A stretch of DNA of 64,000 nt, taken from Harriotta raleighana (lineage: Eukaryota). The notes below the pieces were generated by a model. It ran no database searches, was not told where the DNA came from, and saw only the letters and a list, made by a program, of their open reading frames with translations. Below are positions 48,390-61,866 of this stretch, piece by piece. A program made the translations under genes and the position numbers. Within the stretch, counting starts at the first letter, position 1, and every line of letters begins with the position of its first letter. Where the stretch lies: contig JBNZDD010013598.1 in NCBI GenBank assembly GCA_050575255.1, positions 518,870-582,869 on the forward strand. Reading direction: 5' to 3'.

Positions 48390-49541
48390 CTAATGAGAGA
48401 GAGGAAAAGGACAGGAAATAAATATCGCTATAAAGTAGATTGTGGTGTGCTCCATTAGGGCTTTAATCTGGTATTAAAGTGCTCATAACATCCAGCTTCA
48501 TCTGCCTCAGAGAAGCCAATATCCTGCATTACACACAGCCTTGCCGTGTCCTCCAGAGGAATTAATGTAATATTATCAAGGAATTTCTGTTGACATTTTA
48601 AGTAGATGATCTTCATGTTGTAACGTCCTTCCTTTACTGTTGCGCCACTGTCCTTTCCCCCCCCCCCCACCACCCGCCACCCACACCCCCAGAGTCTCAG
48701 GAGATACATCCCATCTTAAATTGACACCATCTACGCCATCTGTTATGGAGCTACTACCCCTATCTAACTCACTTAAGTGTGAGTCGGTGTCTGAACAGGT
48801 CATTTAGGCATCCACTCAGGTTTGGCAAAGAAATAGACGCAGACGTGTAGCAGAACGCACCATAGTCACGCTGCATTTTAATTTTAATTTTTAAAATATT
48901 TTTAGTCAAGAAGCATTCATAATTTGCTCCTTGAATGAAATATGCGCATTGTGCCGTGAAACTGCCATGAATCCTAAACAGTAATGCAATCAATCATAAT
49001 TACAAAGTACATTAAATCAAGATTAATGCCTTGAGTTTATTCCACTCCAACAGTTTGACCATATAATTACTCAACTCTTTCTGTGTGCATCATTTGAAAA
49101 TAATTCCTTTGACTCACATCTAAGCTAAATTAATGGGGCAGGTTATCAAACAAATTACATGAAATAGTAGATTACTGACCTCAGATTGCCTCACCCTCCT
49201 GTTTGACTTGTTCTCATTTGTGACTTGCACATCAAGGTAGGAGGCAGTCCATTGACGGCAAAAATTACTTTCAGAGACCCCTGGTCACTTTTAATGGGAT
49301 TTGCAAGAGAACAAGGTGGGGAAAAGGGCAGAGCAAATGGGGCCTCACCAGGAAAGGACAATCTCAGGTCAGGGCTGAGCCCCCGCATATCAATGTGAGA
49401 TACACACAGGGGGGTTTCCCAGGAGATAAACTGAACAGGAATGCAATCCCCCAACATTTCAGAAGTTTGTCTCTTTACTCATCCCTACTGATTTCCTGAT
49501 TCCCAGCGCCTTGGAACGTCCTCCCGATGTGAATAATAACA

Positions 49542-49818
49542 TAATAATAATCCTTGCATTTGATATAGTGCTTTTCACATCTTCCAGACGTCTCAAAACA
49601 CTTCACAGTATATACTATAAAGTGAATTGACTGGATATTTGTGGGCGAAATGCAGCAGCCAAATGCACAAGGCAGCATCCCACAAACAGTCATGGATTGA
49701 AATGACCAATTTATTATAGGGTTTTTTTGGAGGGATTATTATCAGGCGTTGGAGTAAGGAAACTCGCCCAATGTTTTCCCCTGACCAGCCTGGATTTGAA
49801 CACAGGTCTCATGCTTGT
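49542..49818 (-). mobile_element. SINE, near full-length, starting ~15 nt after the donor of exon 49834-49935
   Basis: caagcatgagacctgtgttcaaatccagg head remnant; standard tail. Confidence 0.85.
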
Positions 49819-49833
49819 TGATGAAAGTCTTAC

Positions 49834-49935
49834 CTGCAAGACAATTGGCAACTGCTCAGGTGGGTTCCTGTTCTCAACGCCCATTGTCAGCCAGACCTGG
49901 AATGCTGTCAGCTGCTCAGCGAAGAATGGGCTGTG
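49834..49935 (-). CDS. RPTOR: RPTOR exon (~exon 11), 102 nt
   Basis: tacag|...|gtaag; encodes [34 protein letters not shown]. Confidence 0.97.
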
Positions 49936-51612
49936 CTGTAAAGTTGAAGGGCAACAGAAGGCTTGAAGAATAATGAATTCTGACGCTGGCTTTACACAAC
50001 CACACATTTTGACCTTGCGGATGTTTATTATAACAACAACAACAACAAAATTACACTTGTATAGCGCCTTTCACGTCGGGAGAATGTCCCAAAGCGCTGG
50101 TCATTAGGGAGGATGTTTTTGCTCTCTGCCCCCCCCCCCCCCCCCCCCCCCCCACCCCAACCCAACCACGCAGAACGGAAAGTCTGCCACAGAGGAAGTG
50201 AAATGATTAATGAGACAGGAAGGGGACGCTTTCATCGTGCACTGAGGAGAAAAGCCTCACATGTCGATACCCCAATATCAACACCTTTTAAAAAGGGAAT
50301 GATATTTCCTCATGAATTTGCAGCGTTGGGACATTTGGGATCTCCCGCTGTGTATGAAGGGTGTTGAGATAAGAAATTCCCATCTCAGTCCAATTTTACC
50401 AACCAATGTTGTACATTTTAACAATGTTAAAAGAATCCTCGCACTTGGGAACACTGCACTTCAATAACACCGGAGAAGCATTAAAGTGCTTCACATGGAA
50501 ATGTTGTCAAGTGTCGTGACTAAGCAGCTCCAGGATAACTTGGCAGCCAGCTTGCACACAGCAAAGTCCTATAAAGAAACACCGAGTAAGTAAAAGATGC
50601 CTTTATTTGGAGGATGGCTGGACAGGGCAGCGGGAGGAACTCTCATTCCTTTTCGAATAATGTTGTGAGTTCAGTAACATCTGCCTGAACAGTCAGACAA
50701 ATCTCGTTTAACAGCTCATCAGGAGGAGGGAGCTTCCACCAATGCAGTTTTGCTGGGTTGTGACATCTTATTTCAAACGTTCTTATATGCCGTAACTGCA
50801 GTTATTCACAATATTAACATCTCATCAGTTTGACCCCTTTAAAACTTGTACAAAGTGCAAACAAGATTGGTTTTGAGTGTGGGATTACACCTTTTTTTTA
50901 ATGACTCAGTTTCTGCCTCCATTATTTTACAACAACGTGCCCTGCATAAAATTTTTATCTAAGTTCAACTTGATAAATCTTTAGAAAGGTAATGTTTTTA
51001 ATCTTCATTACCGCACAGGCATTCGCTTTGTAAAACTGCTGCATTTACTTTGCAATGATAAAACAACCCTTCTCCCAACAATGCAGTGAATTCTCATCCC
51101 AATTATTTATCTTTTGTCCTAATTGTTTTTCTGCTCGCCCTGCACAGCAGTGATGATAGCGAGACAGAACCTTAATGGGGAAGGGGGAAGACTCAGGGGG
51201 TTAATGAGAACAGACACTGCTCTCTTCTTTACCTGCTGTCTCGGTAAATCACCCCAGTATAAACAAATCAATTTGATCTGGCACCAGGAAATACAAACTC
51301 TGGATTCCTCAGCTGAACTGGACACCCAATTCGATATCAAAACTGGGGAATAAACAGCATGAGCACACATGGCACAGACCTTGTGGAGTTCTCTCTAAAA
51401 TGACAGAGCACGCAAAGTTCCACACCCAGTCTTTGAAAGGGTAGGTGGACAAGACTCCAGTTTAAAGATCAATAGTTCGGTTCGTTAATTCCTCATTCTG
51501 CAAGGGCTTAGCTTACCTTTGAATGTGAACGCCGGCAGCAAAATAGTTTTTCTTTCGCTTTGTTAAAACTACCGCTGGCTGACAAAGCAAATTCAGACAA
51601 TGATCGACTCAC

Positions 51613-51688
51613 CCGAAAAGGTGTTCCCTCTTCTATGATGGTTGGAAGTTGTGAAAGGCAAATGTCCACAGCGAGGTCCCAGGCTTGC
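51613..51688 (-). CDS. RPTOR: RPTOR exon (~exon 10), 76 nt
   Basis: tgcag|...|gtgagt; encodes QAWDLAVDICLSQLPTIIEEGTPFR. Confidence 0.97.
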
Positions 51689-53650
51689 CTGCAAAGTGAT
51701 CTATGTATGAAGCGTATCGCAATGACAAGCATTTGGTACATCTGTATCCATTTTATCTAACATCACCACTAACACAACAGTCCAACTAAAAGCTACTGCC
51801 TTTGCCCATCAGGCCTGAGAGCTCTTAATTAACCCTCAATAAATGTTCAACTCCTGCAATATTATCCTCATTTACAATGGAAGTAGGAAGAGGAGAGGAA
51901 AGAGATAAGGCAACCAAGCAACTAGTTCTAAAGACCCAGAAATTTCTTCAAAGCAGCCAAACCGTGGGTTATACAGTCGGAACGGTCCTTTTATAGCGCA
52001 AGCTATACAGCTCGCACTGTGGGCGCAAAGCATACTAAAAGTGTGGTACACTTCCTTGTTCTGGCACACAGCACACAGGCAGAAGGTGAGCGAGAGAAGC
52101 CCAACTAAAGCCTTTTACAATGTAGGGTCTGATATTACAGACCCAAACTAATGTGTCATAAGACATCCAACTGAAGTTGGAAATTGAACCATGCCCTCGC
52201 TCTCACATGCGCCCCCCCCATAAAAATCACAGGCATTTGAACCAAATTAATTATTAAGACAAACCAATGAAATAATATCCTCTCAATATAGGATAACAAA
52301 ACACTAGGCGCGAGAGATAGAGAGATTCAGAGAGAGCAACTGTGGATCTGGATAAGTAAGCTTGTAAATGACAGAGATTTAAACCATGAAGAACCCATGT
52401 TTCCGAAAACAGGTTAATTTATTTCCTGCCTGGAGCTGCATGCATTGAAATGTAAGTTTTCAACCTGGTCAAGCCAGGTCAGATATAGAATTATTTTGTC
52501 TTCTTCCAGAGGATATATATATATATATATATTTTTTAAAAAACGTTTTATTTTCTACAGGCAGATTTAAGCTTGGCTTCCCATCTGGCGTTTGCTCCAA
52601 AATAGCTGAAAATCAAGCAAATGGAAATCTAGGTTGCAATGCACGTCCTTCTTATCATCCTAAAGTAAATGTAATACTAACTCTTATGACCAGAATGAGG
52701 GATTTTGTGGGTATTAGAAAATAATTTTTTATCAAACCCCAATTTTGATCCAGTCTTCGATGCTTGAAAAGGATATATGGAAGGGTCCACGTGAAATTAA
52801 TTTTCATACGAGAGGCATGGAATTGCACCGTGATTGCACCATTTTATTTGGTGTAATCTTCCTTATGAACCTATGCACGGGATTTGCAAAGCATAGCATG
52901 TTGTTTGTGCTCAAGTTTTTAAACGTTTGGCATCTGCAGTTTCATGCTTCATTTTTCAATGTGCATTTGTTATAGTAATAATTACATGATTGAGACAAAA
53001 TATAATAATGAATTCATTGTAATTATTATAATAATCATCATCGTCATTGCATTTGATATAGAGACTCAGGTCGGGAGGACAAACCGAAATGCTTCACGGG
53101 ACATACAGTGATGTCTAGTGACTGTGTATTTGGCAGACCGAGGAAAAACAGGGCATTAAAAGTCATATTTGCTAAATGGAAAGGCAATATAAAAACGATT
53201 TGATTACTGCAAAATACAATTCTATTCAAATTTCATTGTGCAACCATCAAAATGCCGATTATGTAAATGGGGCTATAATTCTATATCTGCAGTGTGCAAG
53301 CATGATTCAATTCAGTGCATCAAAATTTTAATCTGACTATGGTTCGCTACACCTCACAAAATTCAGCATTCTCACCCTCTACGATTTCTATTCATTTCCT
53401 CACAGTGATGGGGACTTTCGTGTTGGGGACACTTGAAATTTAGTTTGATGTCTAGTTTAATGGGGAAGATATGTCTAAGGAATTTCTTTCTGTTCAAAGT
53501 TCTTCCCACCTCTTTGAATTCCCATTACAAACCGTTGACTTTAGATATCCCACCAACAACCCTAAACGGCCTAGCTTTCAAGTCTCTCGGACTTTGTGCC
53601 TGTTCACCAACTAGTAGAAGAAACAAAGCCGGTTTTGACAGGTTACTCAC

Positions 53651-53795
53651 CACATGGCATGCATGTACGTTGGAGGAAGACGGGGGCTGCTGACTGGAGT
53701 ACAGTTGTATGACCGCATGATCCTTTCAGCCAAAAGAAAGTTTCGAAACAAACTGGCAACAAGCAAGTCTTGCCTGAACAACTTTTGGAAAAGAT
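53651..53795 (-). CDS. RPTOR: RPTOR exon (~exon 9), 145 nt
   Basis: tgcag|...|gtgag; encodes [49 protein letters not shown]. Confidence 0.97.
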
Positions 53796-53989
53796 CTGCA
53801 GAAAGAAAAATCCGATTCAGAATTTGACAACACAGGAGTAGGCCTTGCAACGACTGCCCTAGTCCCGACTCTGAAAGAGCTGCCCACTTCGTCCCATTCC
53901 TTGCTCTCTCCCCCCCAAATTTTTTTTTGTATTTTTCACACAGTTGCCTAATTCCCAAAGAATGAAAATTGTCTAAAAACACTTGATTA

Positions 53990-54240
53990 AACAAAATGAA
54001 AGGTTGAGTCAGGAGGCAACGAAGGTGTGGGATGAAGGTTTGGATTGTGTTCAGGTTGAGGCCGTAGCAGATGTTGCAGAGATGGAGGATGAAAGACTTA
54101 ATTAAACGCAGCAAAAGGCTGAAGATGCTGAGTATCCGCACAAGGTTCCCAGAGCTGTGAGCAACCAACAAGGTAAGCAGTCTACACCTGAAATAAGGAG
54201 GTGAGTGGAGGGAGCCAAGAAAGGCAGCCTCAGAAAGCTT
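53990..54240 (-). mobile_element. Degenerate L2 ORF2 fragment
   Basis: gtcaggaggcaacgaagg...ttgcagagatggaggatg...gtatccgcacaaggttcc resembles the L2 RT C-terminal region. Confidence 0.5.
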
Positions 54241-54368
54241 CCCCTTTAATTGGGAACACTGACTGCGACCTCACAAAAACAGAACATGGGAGAAGAGAAA
54301 ACACAAGATCAAAATAAATTTGATGTACTTTTGCAAAGCAACTCAAATGAAATAAAATCTCCTCTTAC

Positions 54369-54469
54369 CTCTGGGTAATACATTCCAAGCGATTGTGTCA
54401 GTGATGGCTGTAAAAATCCAATTCAGTTCCCCGAGCGGAGTTCGCCTATCATTAAGCCTGCCTGGAATC
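54369..54469 (-). CDS. RPTOR: RPTOR exon (~exon 8), 101 nt
   Basis: tgcag|...|gtaag; encodes [33 protein letters not shown]. Confidence 0.97.
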
Positions 54470-54681
54470 CTGCAAGTTGAGAGAAAGTGACATTTAAACA
54501 AGAAAATTTAGAAATTGTGCATAGTCATAGCTTTGGAGAAAAGAGAAGTGAATAACTATACGATCGACTGCAGCAATAAGCCACATTACCAGAGGCTCCT
54601 AGTGATAGTGCTAAAATTGACCCCTGTGAGATGTCAAGAGGGTTCAAAACAAAATCTACTGCCTAGGTCTGAACAATGTAT

Positions 54682-54858
54682 TAATAAAATTGGTCATTTA
54701 AATCCACGACTGTTTTGTGGGGACACCGCTGTGCACAATTGGCTGCCGCATTTCGTCCACAAATATACAGTCAATCGATTTTACAGTATATTCCGCAAAG
54801 CGCTTTGAGACGTCTAGAAGATGTGGAAAGCGCTGTATCAAAAATATAAGAATTATAC
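54682..54858 (+). mobile_element. SINE, 3' half
   Basis: aattggtcattt...gctgtgcacaattggctgccgc...aagcgctttgagacgtctagaagatgtg. Confidence 0.82.
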
Positions 54859-57800
54859 AACAAGAACAACAACAACATTGTAATACTGAGCGATTACTTG
54901 GAAAAGCACATACATTTAGAATTCAATAGAGAAAATTATCTCACCAACTATCCCCCTGATCCTCTGGTCAAATTCACATTGTTCAATCACTCTCTCCAGA
55001 GGCTCAATATCCTACCAGACCTCGACTGCAAAACCAACTTGTCTTAAAATTTAAGATTACGTCAGTCTCTGGAAAATTCTTCTATTCAGTCTTAAATTGG
55101 GATAAACTCAGCTTCCAAATGAAGACTGAACTTACGAACTGACTGCATTTCTGCACTCATCTTAACATTAATGTGGTGAGAATGAGAAGCTCATTTGGAT
55201 CAGCAAAATCTCTTTTCTCAAACACAAAACAGGTACACACTGTGTATAAAGATAAAGGAAACATTTACATTTTTTCCCACTCCATCCAGATTTCAGTCAA
55301 CCATTCAGCGAGGGCAGATTGAATGGAGAGGCTTAGGGGAAGAAAGCATCTTCCAACCAACAGCACAGTAATTAATGATCCTCTCAAAACCTGCCCTTTC
55401 CTTCTGAAATTCCCATGGCATAGATGGTACATTTGTGATTTCAAGTACACTGTAAATTCACTATTTTATAACGCAGTATACAATCTCTTACCGTTTTGCA
55501 TATTGCAGAATTTCCTTTCTAAGATTCTTTGGGAGCATTGCTCAGCACACTTTGAATGTCATGTAACTACACATTATCCCCATATCTCTCTAAGCACTGA
55601 TTTGGAAAAGAATATACCTGAAAACATCATATGAAAGGTCATTTGTATTCATTGCCTTAAGCACTGAACAGTGAAGGTTTTAGCCAAGGCNCCTCTTTAG
55701 TGCTGTTCAAAGGAAAACTGTAGGTGCATCACAGAACTTACTGTGGCAGTCATTGCCTAAAGGGTTGTAAGCTGCAATGTCAAAAGTGAACTATCTTATG
55801 GCTGAAAATCTATTTATTCTGTCCGCAAATTACATTTTTAATTTATTTTCATTTACAAAATTAGCCGCAACCCTCACCCCCCACCCCCTCACCCACAATT
55901 CAGGGTGCTGGAAGGAAATAAAAGTATGGAGAAGAGTTTCAATGCAAAATACATGATTGCAGGTGGCTTTAACCAGGAATTTTAAACCATAGAATTCCAC
56001 AGAGATAAGAAACACCAGTGAATATGGAGGCCCCTTCCTTTGTTACATTCCACAATTCAGACCATCTAACTTCTCTGTCCCTTTAGATACCGGCTGATTG
56101 TGCTATTCTTCCCAAGATTGCTGCTGCTTCAAGATACCCTGCTTAAAGTCTATTCCAAGTTACTTTATGCAAGAATGAAGCCAGCTGAGCTCTGCAGTGC
56201 AGAGATATCCTCTGACTGACCTTTCCATCCATACTGGGATTGGCATAGTCAGATGCTTTGGCACATGGCCCCAGTCCCCAGACCCACACAAAAGTGCCGT
56301 CGCAGCCTTCAGTCACTTAAACAGTCTTTAAGCGAAGAGTGAACAGCAAGAATGATTATTTCAGCAGAGGCTGATGTAACCTGCCACCCGCTCCGCCCCT
56401 AAAACAATTTCTCTCTAGCCAGAGATTCTCAATAACGCAAAGGCACTTTTATGACCCTCATTTTGCAATTGGGAGAGCAGAGTCGAGAAATACGGACATG
56501 TCTGATTGCCCTCGTGCTCAGAGAATGGTGCAACAGCATGGGGGGGGTGTGGGGAGAGACACTAACACACATTAGGATTTACTTTCAAATGACACTTTGA
56601 TAGTAACTTGAATCTATGTTCTATCAGACAACTGTGTTTAAGTTGATACCCTTCAGGTGTTGTCAGTCTTTTAAATTTTCAGTGATAGGAAAACTACAAC
56701 TGATTTATTGTAGTTCACTGCAGCAAATCCCTTTATGGAAAGCCTACTGGGAACCGAAAATTACAGTAAAGAAATAGTGCTGTCTCCATATGCAGTGAAA
56801 CCAGCCTGTAATCACCAGTGGAACTACATCATTTACTTCTGCGATACTGCATTGGAATGGGACACGTGCACAACTGCTATAAGGATATTCACAAACTTCC
56901 AGAATCAGAGATGATTTATTCTTCTTGATTGGGGTAAGAATTAATGACTGGGTATGGCATTCATTGGAAATTGCAAGCACACACACACACACACACAGAT
57001 GATCTCTGGAATGCTGATGCTCTTTAATAAATTAAACACATCTCATTACATTTACATGGGCAGGCTTCTTAAACAATTACATTAGGCAATCAGATTTAGA
57101 AATGATTATTTTCAGTTCACTTTTTCTCTCTCTCAACTGCCCCAATACATAGTTTTGCGTTTGTTCAAATTTGGAATTGAAATGACATGAATAATGAGTG
57201 ACCTGAACGGCATAGATGACAGACCTAACTGTTAACAAATATAGAATTTGTTCAGCCTATTCGCTACCTGGATTTAAAAAACAATCTTTCATTGAGAATT
57301 TACTGAATTGGGTTCACAGACGTGTATTTGGTGTCTAATCTGGCACTTCCCAGTCTGAGAGAAAGTCACCGTTGATAAGGTAGGACATTTACATCAAACC
57401 TCTGCTTTGGCAGGCAGCCAAGAGTATCAGAGCTCCACACAATGATGTCCATCCAGATCTCAGTCCATCCAGGTGTCCTACCTTATCAGCAGTGACTATC
57501 AGTGAGTGTCACACACAGGACACCCAATTACTCACACAATAATTACCTGCAGACAAACCCTGGCCAAGAAGCTCAAGCATTTCCTAACAGCTAGCTTCAC
57601 AGTAATATATTTTTTCCCCTATGGGACCTGCGGATTAGGGACCACGTTTCTCTGGAGATTACACGGGGGACAAAAAATGAAAATTAAATTTGAAGAAATC
57701 GTCTGTTTAATCGCCTCAGTAAAGTCCGCCCGTGCCCCTAAAAAAACAGCCAATATCTATACACGGACATTCAGCGAATGAAAAAATTTCCTCACTGCAA

Positions 57801-58309
57801 CATTCTTCATTTCAGGTATCTACAGAGTGATTTGATTAAAAGGAAACAACATAAGGTGGGGCTGATCTGATCAGTAGAGAATGTGTTTGATGAATGCAAT
57901 TAGATTCTTTAAAGTTGCCTGAGGAGATTTGTAATAGAGTTCTTAAAAATCATTAAACTTTTTTGCATTTCTATGGATTTTGCAGCATGTTGCAGCAGGA
58001 ATTCCAATTAAATTCTAGCAGTGTCCACTAGGGTAATTATCTAGGCAAGCTTCAAACATCATTCCACAATATACAATGTCATCCACAAGCTCTTTAAAGA
58101 AAACCCACTTTGACAGTCTTGTAACAAAATTTTTCTGATGGAAAAAAATCCTACCTGATGAATGAGATGACTTCAAGTAAAGTTATTATTAAAGCATGAA
58201 AATCTGTGAAAACCAGGATGTATAATATCATATTAATACATTTGAAGCTCAGAGGAACAGTGTTGGATGTTTAGATTTGTCGTAATCATTTGTATAAGGA
58301 CTGCTACAA

Positions 58310-58630
58310 ATAATAATAATATAATAATCCTTGCAGTTGATATAGTGTTTTTCATGAGTTCTAGACTTCTCAAAGCTTGGCTTATTCACAGAATATAATG
58401 TAAAGTGAATTTGACTTTATATTTGTGGGCAAAATGCAGCAGCCAATTGCGCACAGCAGCGTCCCGCAAACAGTCATGGATTGAAGTGGCCAATTTATTA
58501 TTGTTTCTTTTTGAGGGATTATTATCGGGTGTGTGAAATAAGGAAATTTGTCTGAGGTTTTGCCCTGCTGGCAATCAAATCCAGGTCTCTCACTTGTAAG
58601 GCAAATGCTCTAACCACTGAGATACAGGAC
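58310..58630 (-). mobile_element. Full-length SINE
   Basis: Head tcctgtatctcagtggttagagcatttgcc; tail (TTA)n. Confidence 0.86.
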
Positions 58631-59442
58631 AGCTTCCCCACTTCCCTGGCTATAAACACCCCCGCCCTCCCCCACAGCTATAGGAATTGTAATTTATGAA
58701 TTTAAAAGCTTTTTTTCCCTCCTAAACGTTATTCCATTAGAAGAGGAAAAGAGTATTAAATGGGGAGAGTCATAGAATATTTAGGACACTGGTTCTCTCC
58801 GGCAATTCAGACCCAAACATCATCTCAATTCTCTGGGGAAGCACCGAGCACAGAAGGTATCAACTCTTTTGAGCAAAGGAAGAATATTTATTTATCAAAA
58901 GCTCTCACTGAAGATCTGCCTCCCAAAACCATGGTCATTCTCACAGTTTTACTATTACAAAAAAAATGAACTAATGACATCAAAACTAACGATAATTGAA
59001 TGTACATTACAAACCAAATTAGCCAGCACTGTGGTAAAGGAAAGATTACTCTTAAATAAATGCATTTCTATAAATTCATTAATGGGTTCATGTAACCCAA
59101 TCATTAGACATACAGCCTCAAACCAGACACCAAGTAACCAGTCGATTGCCACAAAAAACGGTAAGAAAAAAAACTCTTGAACCTTGAAATTCAAACAGGA
59201 GAGAGTGTAACTGATGCAGAGAATGAAACAAGGTTGCCTGGTTACACAAAGGGACTTAGGTTTTAACTCAAATGCATTAGCAAAAATCTCTGCAATGCTT
59301 CACCTGTATGAAAATTATTATTCGTTGACTCATCATCTTTAGTTTATTTACATGGCTAGTTACTATATCATGGTTGTTGTTAAATAGCTAAGAATAATAA
59401 ATAATTCCTAGTAATAATTTCATTTCATGCGTTTACTATTTG

Positions 59443-59735
59443 TGGAGTCCTGTACCTCAGTAATTAGAGTACTCGCCTTATATGCGAGACCTGGGTTCGA
59501 TTCCAGGTAGGGCAAAAGCTTGGGTAAGTTTCACACACTTGATAATAATCCCTCGAAAAAAATTGGTAATTTCATTCCACGACTGTTTGTGGGACACTGC
59601 TGTGCGCAATTGGCTGCCACGTTTCACCCACAAAAATACAGTCAATTCACTTTACAGCATAATCTGGGAAGTACTTTGAGATGTCTGGAAGATGTGAAAA
59701 GATCTATATCAAATGCAAGGATTATTATTTTTATT
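59443..59735 (+). mobile_element. Full-length SINE
   Basis: tggagtcctgtacctcag...gggttcgattcc...atcaaatgcaaggattatt. Confidence 0.87.
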
Positions 59736-61435
59736 AAATAGCTATAATTGCCTGAATAATCCAGCAATTATCCAGTGTTTAATGAGACTTGGTGCATTGC
59801 GATCCTAACTTTGGTGTGGTGATACACTGTGTCAAAATATTATAGTATTTAATAATTATGGTTCAATTTATGAAACATTTTCAGCTCATTTACTGTGGCA
59901 ATGTAGATCTAAAAAATAATTGCACTAAGTTTAATTTAAAGGTTAATTATACCATTTATTATTGGACTGACTACAACCCTGTCTATAAACATGTCTAGCA
60001 ATATTTCAGAGTTGGCAACATGCAAATGAAGAACAATGGGAAATATTGAATGTAATAATGCAATCGAGTTATACAATCATTTGGACACCAAGCTGGCAAG
60101 TTTCCTTCTCTTACTGTGCCTTCATTGAGTTATAGTGTTTCTGAATTCACTTCAGTGGATGATGTGCAACATTGCTTAATAAATCCCTGGCAACACTATA
60201 CTGATGGTAAAAAACCTCCTTTGCTGTCTAATATTTATATCATTACAATGCACTGGAAAATACTAGCCCCATCCTAGATGCTATCAACACTCAAATGGTT
60301 TTATATTCAGTGGTTAAATATTTTCAGTAATTACTAACAAAAATATGCATTTTTTTTTACAACAGTAATATAAATGTAAGGAGATGTTCGTTACCGTTAG
60401 CCCATTCAATCTGTTGGCATTTTACTCAGTTTTCATACACCCAAGTTAATAAAGGGAATGGCTTTGCTTGCTGGTAGGGTGAGAGCAAGGGTATGCAATC
60501 TTTGGTTCAGTCCCTTCTTCACTTACTAAATTCTAAACCATCAGCATTTGACTTTGTATAAGTGTACCTTTCCACCGTGGTAATAGAACCAAGTTCATCA
60601 CTCTGGATGATTTGGGTTGACATAAAAGGCCACTTCACGACTGTAACTGGGTTAGAAGTCAGTTTGCAACAAAGCCTCAAGGTGGATGAAGTCTGAAAAG
60701 TACTTCAAAGCTCCTGGAAATGCAGCAACCACCCACTACGTTGATCCAAAACGGTCACCATGGCTTCAAAGCTCTTTCTGTCCCATGCGGTTGAAAGATT
60801 AAAGCCAAATATTCCAGCTATGAGTACAGCTGACTCCTTAATTAGATCTACTCAGAACCAGGAAATGAAAATTATAATCTGAAGTAAGTTAATGTCCAGG
60901 GATTCAGTGGTTCAATCACTTCTCAAAGTACAATACATTATCACCGTACATTTCAAATAATTTTACACTGAGTAGGTTTCAAGATATTAACACTGCAATG
61001 TGTTCCGCCTGACTTTTGCGCCCTGCTCACTTTCTGAAGTACTGTGATTAAATACCCAACTTTACTTAAATAAATGTGGCTTTTAACAATACTGTGCCCA
61101 TTCTGTCAGTCCACATAGGCTAAGATAACACAAGTATTAAACACCATTGAAACCCTACATGAGCTAAATTACAGTATTCATTGATATGCAAATAATACAC
61201 TCCCCCATTATTTTGATATCTCCCAAGCAACTCAAATATTGAGGCTTCTAATACAATTGGCCCTCTTGTAGGTGGGTTGAAAGCAAGTTGGCATGGAAAC
61301 TATCAATGGTTATTAATAATAAGAACTTGATGTAGCACCTTATCAAATCATTGACAAGTCTGAAAGCACTTCACAGGATAGATTGTGAAGCAGTGTGACT
61401 GTATTTTGTGATGAAATGTCACTTTGGAATTAAAG

Positions 61436-61723
61436 TGGAGTCCCATAGCTCATTGATTAGAGCATTCGCTTTACAAGCATGAGACCTGTTTGAATTCAGG
61501 CAGGTCAGGGCAAGTTTTCTTAATCTACATGCCTAATAATAATCCCTCCAAAAAAACCACAATTGGTCATTTCAATCCATGACTGTTTGTGGGACGCTGC
61601 TGCGCGCAACTGGCTGCCGTATTTCACCCACAAATATACAGTCAATTCACTTCAGAGTGTATTCGTGAAGCACTTTGAGATGTCCAGAAGACATGAAAAG
61701 CGCGATATCAAATACAAGGATTA
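61436..61723 (+). mobile_element. Full-length SINE, preceded by an older antisense tail fragment (61315-61420)
   Basis: tggagtcccatagctcattgattagagc...atcaaatacaagga. Confidence 0.86.
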
Positions 61724-61806
61724 AAATGTGCAGAAAAACAAGGGTTCTTATCAACATGAAATAAAGTGCATCCAAACAATACACTCCCTACCAAGCTCCT
61801 ACTTAC

Positions 61807-61866
61807 TTCTCTATCAAGTCGAGTGTAACTCCGGGCACCAGTTTGGCACTCTTTTGCATGCAGAAC
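61807..61866 (-). CDS. RPTOR: RPTOR exon (~human exon 7), 60 nt
   Basis: ttttgtag|G TTC TGC ATG...GAG AA|gtaagt; encodes FCMQKSAKLVPGVTLDLIEK. Confidence 0.96.

Larger units (their letters stand above)
1874..61866 (-). other. RPTOR: RPTOR (regulatory-associated protein of mTOR) gene, internal portion with 21 coding exons; both ends outside the window
   Basis: Spliced translation gives continuous Raptor sequence from FCMQKSAKLVPGVTLDLIEK to EYLNGQDSSLLLSAT. All introns are GT-AG with compatible phases. Confidence 0.99.

Noticed and set aside
1470-61723. Recurring ~30-nt motif aataatccttgcatttgatatagcgc, considered as a CRISPR-like array
   Set aside because: Irregular spacing, both orientations and a eukaryotic intron context; it is the SINE 3' tail.
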